Shown piece by piece: positions 37,226 through 45,650 of a DNA stretch of 53,968 nt. Under the pieces are notes generated by a model. The model was not told the origin of the DNA. It searched no databases and saw nothing but the letters and a program-made list of their open reading frames with translations. Where the stretch lies: NCBI GenBank assembly GCA_965370805.1, contig CBDUVZ010000004.1, forward strand, positions 1-53,968. The letters are read 5' to 3'. Origin of the DNA: an uncultured bacterium (GTDB taxonomy: Bacteria > Hydrothermota > Tepidihabitantia > Tepidihabitantales > Tepidihabitantaceae). The translations under genes were made by a program, and so were the position numbers. The first letter of the stretch is position 1. Every line of letters begins with the position of its first letter.

Positions 37226-38047
37226 CTACTCGGGCTCCACCGAAGGCTTTTGCAGGCGTGCGTCCACGTAGTGCAGGAGGGTGCGCGCGCAGTTGATCAT
37301 TAGCATGGCATCTGGGTTGTCCAGCAGTTCCTGGTTGGGGTGAACTAGCGTCGCAGTGTTGCGGATTCTATTCAGCGCCTCTAGGACCTTCTGGATGGCT
37401 CGAAGCGTGGCCAATACGGACTGCGCGTGTGGTCTGTTCAGGTCAAACGCAGGATGGTGCCTTCGGAGGGCTGCGAGTGCATCCGTGATACTTGCGTCGT
37501 CGCGTAACATGATACCTGACGTGACACAGATGTCTTTTAGGAACGCGTGAATTGCCGTGTGTGCACGGTCGACAGCTGCCGTTGGACCCGAAGTCTTCAG
37601 GGCGTTCTCCGACTCGACCAAAGCACGTTCAGCGGTGCTACTTATGTGTTCAAGCTTCGGTCGAGCTACGGCTGCTGGTCCTGTCAAGCTGGACATGTCC
37701 ATGCTAACCGCCACGAATCTGACGAAGAAACCGCTGACCTCGCCCACGGTCTCAGCGAGATGCCTGAACGCTGACTTCTCCTGCTCGGACCGCGCCTGCT
37801 TCTCGGCTCGAACGTACTGCTCGGCGGGGACATATGCGCACAGAAGATGGAATTCGTCATTGAAGGTGTTCGCCCCCTCACAGAGCTCAAAGTCCGAGGC
37901 CTCGAGTAGGGAGACTGCCAGCGTGTCCCCCCTGAGAGCAAGCAGCCTCTTGGTCGCGCTAAGAATGGCTGACCAGCGTTCCGGGGTCACGGCCACATCC
38001 AGAACACAGAAGTCTCTGGCTCCTCCGGCGTGGTAGAGAGTGATCAC
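37226..38047 (-). CDS. Abortive infection (Abi_C/HEPN-like) protein
   Basis: AVDRAHTA.H..L, LN.IRN.ATLVHPN, A.L.IN..RT. Confidence 0.85.
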   Translation of the reverse strand: MITLYHAGGARDFCVLDVAVTPERWSAILSATKRLLALRGDTLAVSLLEASDFELCEGANTFNDEFHLLCAYVPAEQYVRAEKQARSEQEKSAFRHLAETVGEVSGFFVRFVAVSMDMSSLTGPAAVARPKLEHISSTAERALVESENALKTSGPTAAVDRAHTAIHAFLKDICVTSGIMLRDDASITDALAALRRHHPAFDLNRPHAQSVLATLRAIQKVLEALNRIRNTATLVHPNQELLDNPDAMLMINCARTLLHYVDARLQKPSVEPE

Positions 38048-38670
38048 CGCGGTTTCCTCGCTGGGGCTACACCCGCATTTGAGTCAGCCCGAACGTATAT
38101 CCTCCGGCTCTGCCTCGCGGACGACGGACCAGCATGTCCCAGCGTGCCCAGCACGTTCGCCCGCCATTCGCTCACGATGTCGCACAGATCACGCAGATGC
38201 CACTCTTTCCCGCAAAGGGAATCTGCAGCCCGAGCGCAGGGGTATTCGGTCGTCTCCGCGATTCCGACTTTGCCGAGAACGTCCACAGTGTCTGACCACG
38301 ACCCGCCCGCGCCGCTGTGGTGTTTGTAGTAGTTGGCGGCAGCGTTGATGAGCTCGACGCGTGTGACCCTTCCAGAAGCGAGCGTCACGTCGTGCTTGAG
38401 GCACTCCCTTTTGAGCTTCTTCGTGGCTTTCTTCCCGGCGTGCCCTCTCCCGAGCTGGACCCGCCAAACATCCCCGATTGTTCCCTCGATGTACGCCTGC
38501 GCTCCCACAAAGGCGACACCGAGCAGAGTGTCGGAGCTCTCTAATGCCCAATCAGCATCGAATGGAGGCTCATCGCTCATTCGACTCTGAACTTGGCTGA
38601 GGCCACTTTGGATCGCGGCCATGACTCGACGAAGCGAATCGATTCTCCAGTCAATTTCCCAAGTACGCAT
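38044..38670 (-). CDS. Hypothetical helical protein, HEPN-like
   Basis: INAAANYYKH motif; GTGA overlap with the Abi_C gene. Confidence 0.65.
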   Translation of the reverse strand: MRTWEIDWRIDSLRRVMAAIQSGLSQVQSRMSDEPPFDADWALESSDTLLGVAFVGAQAYIEGTIGDVWRVQLGRGHAGKKATKKLKRECLKHDVTLASGRVTRVELINAAANYYKHHSGAGGSWSDTVDVLGKVGIAETTEYPCARAADSLCGKEWHLRDLCDIVSEWRANVLGTLGHAGPSSARQSRRIYVRADSNAGVAPARKPR

Positions 38671-38709
38671 GCTCTAGAATCACCTAGCTAGCGGGCCGGA
38701 TGTCCTCGT

Positions 38710-38831
38710 CTACTCCATGATCTCGATTTCCTTCTCCGTCAGGCCGAGAGTTCATACACCAGTTCATCTATCTGCCGGTCGTTGGCTTTGATGCGGCGCT
38801 CGATGGCGGTCTTGTCGGGCGCGACCTCGGC
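38710..38831 (-). pseudogene. Type IIG RM 3'-end remnant (1-nt frameshift)
   Basis: AEVAPDKTAIERRIKANDRQIDELVYEL / GLTEKEIEIME*. Confidence 0.85.
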
Positions 38832-40195
38832 TGAAAAATGGTGGTTGTCCCCATTCTGCCCATTCCGGCCCCGGGTTCTGTTGTCGGTTCATCGTCATCT
38901 ATGCTTTCAGGCAATCGACTCTGCGATTCAGTCTTCACGCCAAGTACCAACGCCTTACCGCTTTCGAGGACCGAGCGAATCAGAGTCTCCAAGACTGCCG
39001 ACTGTTCGACTGTTGTTCCCACCCATGCCTTGGAGACCATCGTGACGAACTCCGTGTTGTTGAAGTAGCGGCCGACATTCCTGTACGATACGGCGCTGCC
39101 TCCCTTGGGTCCCTTTATCGATGGATCAGTGCTAAGGACGCTCCAATAATCCAGTGGGAGGTACATTCCGGGGATAAGCCCTACATCATCGGGGTCGAAC
39201 ACAATGCGCGGGCACAGCTTCAAAAAAAAGGGACTGTTGCTTAGCCGATACCCGTCTTTCCCGGAACTCGGTGGACAGCTCTGCAACTTGTCTCGGAGTT
39301 TGCGCATCCGGTCTATTTCGAGGTCCAATTGGCTGTCGGGCAATCGAAAGACTGCTTCATTCGCTTCGCGCTCCATCGCCTTGTACTGCACCATGACGAA
39401 TGAACGGAACCTCTCGTTGAAATAGACCAAGTCTGTCCCGGTCTGCTCCTCGAGCGGAAGTCTGTTGGCTAACACTACCGTGAGTCGGACAAGAGGGGCT
39501 TCGAAAACCGCTATGCCAGGTGAACAGCTCCTAATCAACTCGTATCCGGGAAGTTTAGAGAGATCATTAATAACCATGGCGTCTTCACGGAGATATGTCC
39601 TTGGCAGGCCGTCAAGAAAGGACGCAGGGCGCGATTCTTGTCCTGGGTCCCACTCCTGAAGTGCGTCCCGTGACAGCCCCGCCAGTGTAAGGGCTGTGGA
39701 AACAGCCAACTTCTGGGCTGCAAGTCCCCCGAGACTCGCCACTGACAGCCTGCTTAGTCGTTCTGCTCGGCCCTGACCGAATCTTCGGAGACTGATGCTC
39801 AACGATGGGGCAAGGGAAATGAGTGCATCAACGACGGCGGCGAGAGTCTTCGGAGTGAGCAGACCTCCGCTGTGCAACCGCTCCGATGCCCAGTGTCGGA
39901 GCCGTCGCGGAACGCGGCCCAGGATCGTTTCCACAGGAACAGGCGGGTGCACGCCTACCACGTTCTCAATGTTCAGGCGTCGTAGACCAGTGCCTGCACG
40001 AACTCCACGTTTTCCCTGCCCAACGTGTGTGATCTTCATGGCTTCGGAAACAACTAAGCATACCAGCGGTGCATTCCGACTGTGTACGAAGTCAGGAACA
40101 GGTTCGGCGAAGTTGGCCAATCCGTCCAGGCATTCGCCAAAGACCTCGTATCTTCCCTCGGTAAGTCTCAGAACGAAGCCGTTTGCCGTTGTCAT
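38768..40195 (-). CDS. Hypothetical protein with PD-(D/E)xK-like nuclease motif
   Basis: GTDLVYFNERFRSFVMVQYK (D...QxK); 3' end reads into the RM remnant. Confidence 0.65.
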   Translation of the reverse strand: MTTANGFVLRLTEGRYEVFGECLDGLANFAEPVPDFVHSRNAPLVCLVVSEAMKITHVGQGKRGVRAGTGLRRLNIENVVGVHPPVPVETILGRVPRRLRHWASERLHSGGLLTPKTLAAVVDALISLAPSLSISLRRFGQGRAERLSRLSVASLGGLAAQKLAVSTALTLAGLSRDALQEWDPGQESRPASFLDGLPRTYLREDAMVINDLSKLPGYELIRSCSPGIAVFEAPLVRLTVVLANRLPLEEQTGTDLVYFNERFRSFVMVQYKAMEREANEAVFRLPDSQLDLEIDRMRKLRDKLQSCPPSSGKDGYRLSNSPFFLKLCPRIVFDPDDVGLIPGMYLPLDYWSVLSTDPSIKGPKGGSAVSYRNVGRYFNNTEFVTMVSKAWVGTTVEQSAVLETLIRSVLESGKALVLGVKTESQSRLPESIDDDEPTTEPGAGMGRMGTTTIFQPRSRPTRPPSSAASKPTTGR

Positions 40196-40304
40196 CGGAG
40201 TCCTGCCAGTTCGGTGCACGTCATGAGTCAAGGTCTATGATGACGCGTCGGGAAGTATGGGAGCACTGGGGAAGACGGGGACACTTCCGGTATTCTCGCG
40301 TCCC

Positions 40305-40430
40305 TCATTCCCGTTTTCCTTCCACAATCTTGATTTCCTTCCCCGTCAGCCCATACAACTCATACACCAACTCATCTATCTGCCGGTCGGTGGCTTTGAT
40401 GCGGCGTTCGATGGCGGCCTTGGGAGTCTC
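40305..40430 (-). pseudogene. Type IIG RM 3'-end remnant
   Basis: KAAIERRIKATDRQIDELVYELYGLTGKEIKIVEGKRE*; direct repeat of 38710-38814. Confidence 0.88.
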
Positions 40431-40524
40431 GGGGACATCATCCCCAATTCCTTACTTCTCGGACCGGTCTGATTTCCGCGTCCATCGGGTGGCGGTGGGA
40501 CGCTTCTCGCGATTCGAGGTTGCT

Positions 40525-40938
40525 TCATCCCTTGCTCGTTGCCTCCAGTATCTCCGCCGGTGTCTTGCGGCCACGTTCTGTCCGGTCGAAGTCGGCATCG
40601 AAACTGACCAGTGTCAGGTTGTGCTTCTCCGCCGCTACGTACTGGTAGGCATCATCGAAGTCGAGCCGGGAACTCTTGCAGACTTCGAGTGCGTGCAACA
40701 GGTCTTGAATGTCCAGACGAATTCTCAACAACCCGGTGTCCGCGATGGTGTCCAAGAGGAAGTCGGAGCAGACTTCGTGCTTCTTCAGACGGCTGAGAAT
40801 AACACCCACCGAGTAAATCGAGAACTCCGTGATTGCCAGTAGTCGCCCTTCCACCTGTCGCATGAAGTTCTGGACTTCGCCGGCCCGCTCTTGTTCGAGG
40901 ATGCTTTCCAACCAGACGTTCGTGTCAACGAGGTACAT
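40525..40938 (-). CDS. vapC: VapC/PIN-domain toxin
   Basis: YLVDTNVW, DFDDAYQY, SFD.DFD. Confidence 0.92.
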   Translation of the reverse strand: MYLVDTNVWLESILEQERAGEVQNFMRQVEGRLLAITEFSIYSVGVILSRLKKHEVCSDFLLDTIADTGLLRIRLDIQDLLHALEVCKSSRLDFDDAYQYVAAEKHNLTLVSFDADFDRTERGRKTPAEILEATSKG

Positions 40939-41153
40939 CAGTTGCCCCACCACTCAAGTGCCTTTTTCTGGAGTTCCAGCGAAGTGTACTTATCCCGATA
41001 CTCACGCAGCGCACCGGCCCAAGTCTGGCGTAGGTACTTCTGTTTGGGACGCGCCCGGGTCGCGTTCAGGAACCTGGCAAAGTCCCTGACCTCCGACTGT
41101 AACTCCTCAGGCAATTCCTTTGTCAGTTCGAGCACTTCATCAAGTGTTTTCAT
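40938..41153 (-). CDS. DUF2281 family antitoxin
   Basis: LPEELQ.EV.DF..FL...WAGAL; TGATG coupling to vapC; TTGATT-N17-TATATT promoter upstream. Confidence 0.88.
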   Translation of the reverse strand: MKTLDEVLELTKELPEELQSEVRDFARFLNATRARPKQKYLRQTWAGALREYRDKYTSLELQKKALEWWGN

Positions 41154-41161
41154 GTTTCACC

Positions 41162-41476
41162 TCACGTTTTCAGAGTCAATATAGCCTTTTCTCGCCGCCA
41201 AATCAAGCGCGGGCGCACCCCGCCAATGCGGAACGAGTAGTCCGGTGCTTTGGTCGTGCCGCCAACCCTGAGCGCGGCTTCGTGGACCACCTGGCGGTAG
41301 CGGAGGTCGAACCCCTGCCGGTTGGCCATGTCCCAGCCCATCGCTTCGAAGAACGGGTCGAGGAACTCCTTGCGGACCTGGGCTTCGTTGTAGGCCGGGG
41401 AGCGGTAGGCCGCGACGTTCCGGTCGAAGTTGTCGACCAGGCGGAGGATGGTGTCCGGTGCTTTGTCCTTGCGCAT
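41162..41476 (-). pseudogene. Type IIG RM enzyme N-terminal (HSDR_N-like endonuclease) fragment
   Basis: YNEAQVR.EFLDPFF.A.GWD, V.HE, KAPDYSFRIGG, truncated before the ExK motif. Confidence 0.88.
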
Positions 41477-41544
41477 CGCCTGCCAGCATATTGGCAGGGC
41501 AGTGAAAGTCAAGACGACTCGGGCGGCGGTTCGGGGTCTGTAAC

Positions 41545-41844
41545 GGCTGCCGTGGCCGCGGCCGGAGCGAGGGCCGTTGTGCCGGTCGGAAGGTAGGCCG
41601 GGGCGAGAGCCGCATGGAGGACCATTGCGCCGGTCGCAAGGAGGACCTCAGCGGTAGCTTGTGCGCCGGCCGATGCATGAGCCGCAGGGTGTGCCGTAAC
41701 GGACGTCGCAGGAAGGGCCACCCCGTTTCCCGCTGCGGCGGCCGTCGTGATTGCCGCAACGATAGCCGTTGTGATTGCCGTAGCGACAGCCGGGGCATTA
41801 CCCGGGAAGTCTGCCGCGTCGGGTGCCAGGAGGAGGACCACAGC
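41545..41844. repeat. Degenerate 12-bp tandem array C (25 units)
   Basis: gattgccgcaac, gatagccgttgt, gattgccgtagc, gacagccggggc; C at unit position 7 in 24/25; ends at a C8/G6 hairpin. Confidence 0.8.
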
Positions 41845-42074
41845 CCCCCCCAGGGTCCGGGGGGCGGCCCTCAGAATAGCAGCACAGAAAGTAAACCATT
41901 GGTTATTAGTGGTTTAGCAGGCATGTTGCGTTCCGGGGTCCAGTTCTCTCTAATCCCGGTGAAAGGAGTTCGCGACGGCGTACCGGGGCACATTGCTGTC
42001 TCCTTCTGCCATGTCTACCCCATCGGCCAATTCGAGATCGCCTTGGCGGTTTTGTTTCTTGACTTCTGCCTGCC

Positions 42075-42181
42075 GTGTCCATCTGTGTTGTACCCTCCAA
42101 GGACACTTTCCACTCGTTCTGTTCTGCCACAGTGTTCATCGGTGTTCATCTGTGGTTCACTCGCTCCAATCATCCGTGGTT
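42075..42181. repeat. 9-mer-periodic half elements
   Basis: gtgttcatcggtgttcatctgtggtt and two similar shorter copies. Confidence 0.55.
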
Positions 42182-42258
42182 ACGCAGGACAGCACCGCGT
42201 TGCACCCTCCCGAAGTTCGGCTTGACCACCCGGCCCGCAGGGACTACATTCTGAACTG

Positions 42259-42825
42259 ATGCCGGATGATTCCGGGTTCCTGAACCTGTGCCGCGCGCGG
42301 CGGTCGGTGCGCCGGTTCTCCGACCGGCCGGTCAAGAAGGAGAAGCTGAACCTATGCCTGGAGGCGGCCCGGCTTGCCCCTTCGGCCGAGAATAAACAGC
42401 CCTGGCGGTTCGTCGTGTTCGATGACCCGGACCGAAAGGATGCCCTTGCCCGGGCGGTGTTCACCGGCATCTACGCCCGCTCCGGCAACTTCGCGGCCGC
42501 GCCCGTGCTCGTGGCCCTGCTCATCAAGGAGAATGTCGTCATCAACAAGGGAGCGAAGCTGGTGCAGGGAACTCCGTACCAGTACGTCGATGCCGGCATC
42601 GCGGGCGAGCACTTTGTCCTGGCCGCGGCCGAGCAGGGACTCGGCACCTGCTGGGTCGGCTGGTATGATGGCCGCGCCCTGGTCAAGTACCTTGGCCTCA
42701 GGGGCAAAGGCTACAAGCCGGTCGCCCTGTTCGCAGTCGGCTATCCGGCCACGGATATCAGCCCCCACGTGCCCGACCGTAAGGACCTCGGCGCGGTCGT
42801 CTCCTGGAACCGACCGCCGAAATAG
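42259..42825 (+). CDS. Nitroreductase family protein
   Basis: RRSVRRF, APSA.N.QPW, GLGTCW.G. Confidence 0.93.
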   Translation: MPDDSGFLNLCRARRSVRRFSDRPVKKEKLNLCLEAARLAPSAENKQPWRFVVFDDPDRKDALARAVFTGIYARSGNFAAAPVLVALLIKENVVINKGAKLVQGTPYQYVDAGIAGEHFVLAAAEQGLGTCWVGWYDGRALVKYLGLRGKGYKPVALFAVGYPATDISPHVPDRKDLGAVVSWNRPPK

Positions 42826-42944
42826 CGGCGCGCACCCTCCCGCAACCCCCGCCAATCGCGACTTCGGTCTGCTGCGTATTGATTCTCCCGCCGGATTTTG
42901 TTATCATTAGTATACATTCGTACTGGGAAGTGAAGGGAGACAAT

Positions 42945-43355
42945 TTGCACGACCTGCTCAGGAAGCTTCGTACCGAACATACCGAATTGCAGCAAGCCCT
43001 TGCCGGAATCCGTCCGCGCCAGTTCCGCACCGGCGAGGGCCACCAGCGCATCAACCGGGTGCGGGACCTGTTCCGCAGTCATGTCCGCGAAGAAGAGAAC
43101 CGCCTCTACCCGGCACTGAGGAAAGCAGCCCGGGAAGACAGGGACCTGACCGGCCGGCTCCGACGCTGGGGCGACGACCTGAAAATCGTGACCAGCCTGG
43201 CTGAGGATTTCTTCCAGAAGTACGAGAAAGGCAAACCACAACTGATCGAGTTCGCCACCGACCACGGCGCTTTCCTGACAATCCTCAGGATCCGGCTCAA
43301 ACGGGAAGAAGAGACCCTCTTCCCGTTGTATGACCGGCTGAACAGCAGCAACTAG
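42945..43355 (+). CDS. Hemerythrin-like domain protein
   Basis: L..EH, H...EE..LYP, REE..LFP; TTG start after AGGGAG. Confidence 0.8.
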   Translation: MHDLLRKLRTEHTELQQALAGIRPRQFRTGEGHQRINRVRDLFRSHVREEENRLYPALRKAAREDRDLTGRLRRWGDDLKIVTSLAEDFFQKYEKGKPQLIEFATDHGAFLTILRIRLKREEETLFPLYDRLNSSN

Positions 43356-43465
43356 CTCGGACAACACCGGCTGTCCCGGCAGCCGCACAGCAACACCGCT
43401 CCGCAAGCAACGTTCACGGAAGGATATCCCGGTTGCGGACCGGCTCCCGTCCGCGAGCCCGCTTC

Positions 43466-43566
43466 CCGAAAACCGACATAGGAGCGAAAACCACCGATAA
43501 ACACTGATAGACGCAGGCAAAGAGGAAATGCCGAAGTGCGATAGTAATCTGGTTCCATCTGTGGTT
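43466..43566. repeat. 9-mer-periodic element, divergent copy
   Basis: ccgaaaaccga leader, accaccgataaacactgatagacgcag ... ccatctgtggtt. Confidence 0.55.
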
Positions 43567-43631
43567 CTATTCCGGTTCCTGGGCCGCTTCACCCGCCTTG
43601 ACACCACCGAGGCTGTGAAGAAACTATCCGG

Positions 43632-45635
43632 ATGACGAGCACCGTCCTGGCGGATTGGCTGCGGACGAGACAGGGCATCGCGTTTGTGCTGGGAATCGTA
43701 ACCCTGGCTTCGGTCTTGCTATACCTGCCGACTATCGAGTACGACTTCGTCTGGGACGACACTTCGCTCATCGTCGATAATGAACTCCTGGCTGAATCCC
43801 AACCCTGGAACCTGTTCGAGCGCAGCTTCTGGTCCGGGGCCCCGGAGCTCCCCGGCGGCACTGCCCAGGTTTTCTATCGACCGCTGGTTTCTCTCAGCTT
43901 CTGGTGCGACCTGAAGGTCGCCGGCCCGAACCCGGCCTTTTTCCACCTCATCAATCTCATTCTCAACGCCTTCATGGCCGCCATGGTGGCGCTTATCCTC
44001 TGGGAACTACTCCACTCCGGGGTCTGGGCTGGTCTTGGCGGCCTGTTGTTTGCGGTCCATTCCTCGCACGTCGAGTCCACCGCATTCATCTCCGGCCGGA
44101 CCGACCTGCTGCTCGGGCTGTTCATCGGCATTGCCGCTTTCGCAATGCTCCGCTGCCTGCGTCAACGGAATTTCCGCTGGGCTCTGCTCGTCCCGGTCGG
44201 TTTCGCCCTTGCCCTGCTCAGCAAGGAAACCGCCATTCTCTTCCCGGTGCTGCTCGCGCTTGCTCCCCTGCTTACTCAGACCCGGTACAGCCGGCGCTAC
44301 TGGCTGCTGATCGGCGTCACGGTCGCCGTCGGTACGGGCTATCTCCTGCTGCGCGGGCACGTCGTCGGGGCAGTGTTGCCGGTACCGCTCGACGCGCCGA
44401 TCAGGCGCTTCGTCGAAGTAGCCAATACGTTCGGGCTCTACCTGAGGATGTTCGTCTGGCCGTTCGCGCATCAAGTCAAGTTCCCGGCTGACCCGGAATT
44501 CGCCAACCTGACCTCGAATGCGCTGTTCGCCCTGCTCTTCGTCGTCGGCCTGCCCCTGCTGATAATCAAGCGCCGGTTCTGGGTAGCCCTCCTCGGGTTC
44601 ACCTGGACGATACTGTTCCTCCTGCCGGTCTCCAATATCGTCCCAATCGGCCCCCAGGCCGCCGAGCGACTGCTCTATCTGCCTTCGGCCGGACTCGTCA
44701 TTCTCGTCATCACCCTGCTGTCCCGCGCGCTTCACATGCACACCACGACGCGCAAGTTCGCCGGGGCTGGTCTGGCAATTGTCTGCATTGCCCTCGGCGC
44801 CGACAGCTTCACCCGCCTACCGGTCTGGCGCAACGAGGAAGTCCTGTTCGCAACGATGGCGGCTGAAGCCCCGCGCGCGCCCAGCGCCTATGCCAACCTC
44901 GCCAACGTGGTCCATGCCGCCCGGCCCGACTCGGCCATCCGCCTCTACCGTCACGCAATCTCCCTGGACCAGGGTTACGTGCGCGCTCACATCAATGTCG
45001 GGATACTCTACAGCCAGCGGCAGGAGCACCGCCGGGCACTGCATCACCTGCGCATCGCCGACGAACTCCGACCGAACTCGGTCCAGGTCCTCAATAACCT
45101 GGGCCTGGCATACCTGGCCGCGGAGAAACCGGAAAGCGCCCTGGTCTATCTCGATAGGGCAGTCGCAATCGAAACCGGCTCCGCCCAGGCCCGGCTGAAC
45201 CGTGCAATCGCCCTGAACGCGACCGGCCGGTCCGCCGCAGCGGACAGCGAGCTGTATCGCGCAATCGAAATCAAACCGGATTTCATCCCGGCCCGGCTGT
45301 TCCTCGCCGAGCGGTTCGACAAGAAAGGAATGCTCGATAGTGCGGCCCGTCATCTCGCAGCCGCCATCCGCATCGAACCTGGTCAACTCGGCCCGTGCAA
45401 CCGGCTCGGCACGATTCTTGTGCAACTGGGGGACTCGGCCCGCGCCGAACGGTATTACCTTCAGGCCCTGAAGCTCGATTCCACTTTCGTGCCGGCGCTC
45501 TTCAATCAGGCCATCCTCTACGCTGCCCGGGGTGACACCGCCGCCGCGCTCAAGCTTGCCGGACGCGCGAACCGACTGAGACCCGACCTGGCCGCGGTGG
45601 AGCAGTTGTGTCGCGACCTCGGCAGTCCTGATTGA
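43632..45635 (+). CDS. TMTC-like GT-C glycosyltransferase with TPR repeats
   Basis: FVWDD, YRPL, H.ES...ISGR.DLL, SKE, AERLLYLPS, C-terminal TPRs. Confidence 0.9.
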   Translation: MTSTVLADWLRTRQGIAFVLGIVTLASVLLYLPTIEYDFVWDDTSLIVDNELLAESQPWNLFERSFWSGAPELPGGTAQVFYRPLVSLSFWCDLKVAGPNPAFFHLINLILNAFMAAMVALILWELLHSGVWAGLGGLLFAVHSSHVESTAFISGRTDLLLGLFIGIAAFAMLRCLRQRNFRWALLVPVGFALALLSKETAILFPVLLALAPLLTQTRYSRRYWLLIGVTVAVGTGYLLLRGHVVGAVLPVPLDAPIRRFVEVANTFGLYLRMFVWPFAHQVKFPADPEFANLTSNALFALLFVVGLPLLIIKRRFWVALLGFTWTILFLLPVSNIVPIGPQAAERLLYLPSAGLVILVITLLSRALHMHTTTRKFAGAGLAIVCIALGADSFTRLPVWRNEEVLFATMAAEAPRAPSAYANLANVVHAARPDSAIRLYRHAISLDQGYVRAHINVGILYSQRQEHRRALHHLRIADELRPNSVQVLNNLGLAYLAAEKPESALVYLDRAVAIETGSAQARLNRAIALNATGRSAAADSELYRAIEIKPDFIPARLFLAERFDKKGMLDSAARHLAAAIRIEPGQLGPCNRLGTILVQLGDSARAERYYLQALKLDSTFVPALFNQAILYAARGDTAAALKLAGRANRLRPDLAAVEQLCRDLGSPD

Positions 45636-45650
45636 TTCTCGAAGAAGGAA

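Noticed and set aside
35800-41500. Classical integron or diversity-generating retroelement
   Set aside because: No IntI, no RYYYAAC...GTTRRRY attC sites recognised, no reverse transcriptase, and repeat mismatches are not adenine-specific
2874-41844. 12-mer arrays or RM remnants as CRISPR arrays
   Set aside because: No identical 23-47-bp repeats with unique spacers, and no cas genes in the window
41157-42225. Arg/Pro- or Ala/Thr-rich ORFs across array C as genes
   Set aside because: Several overlapping frames are open, none has family motifs, and one overlaps the RM fragment out of frame; not excluded, but unsupported
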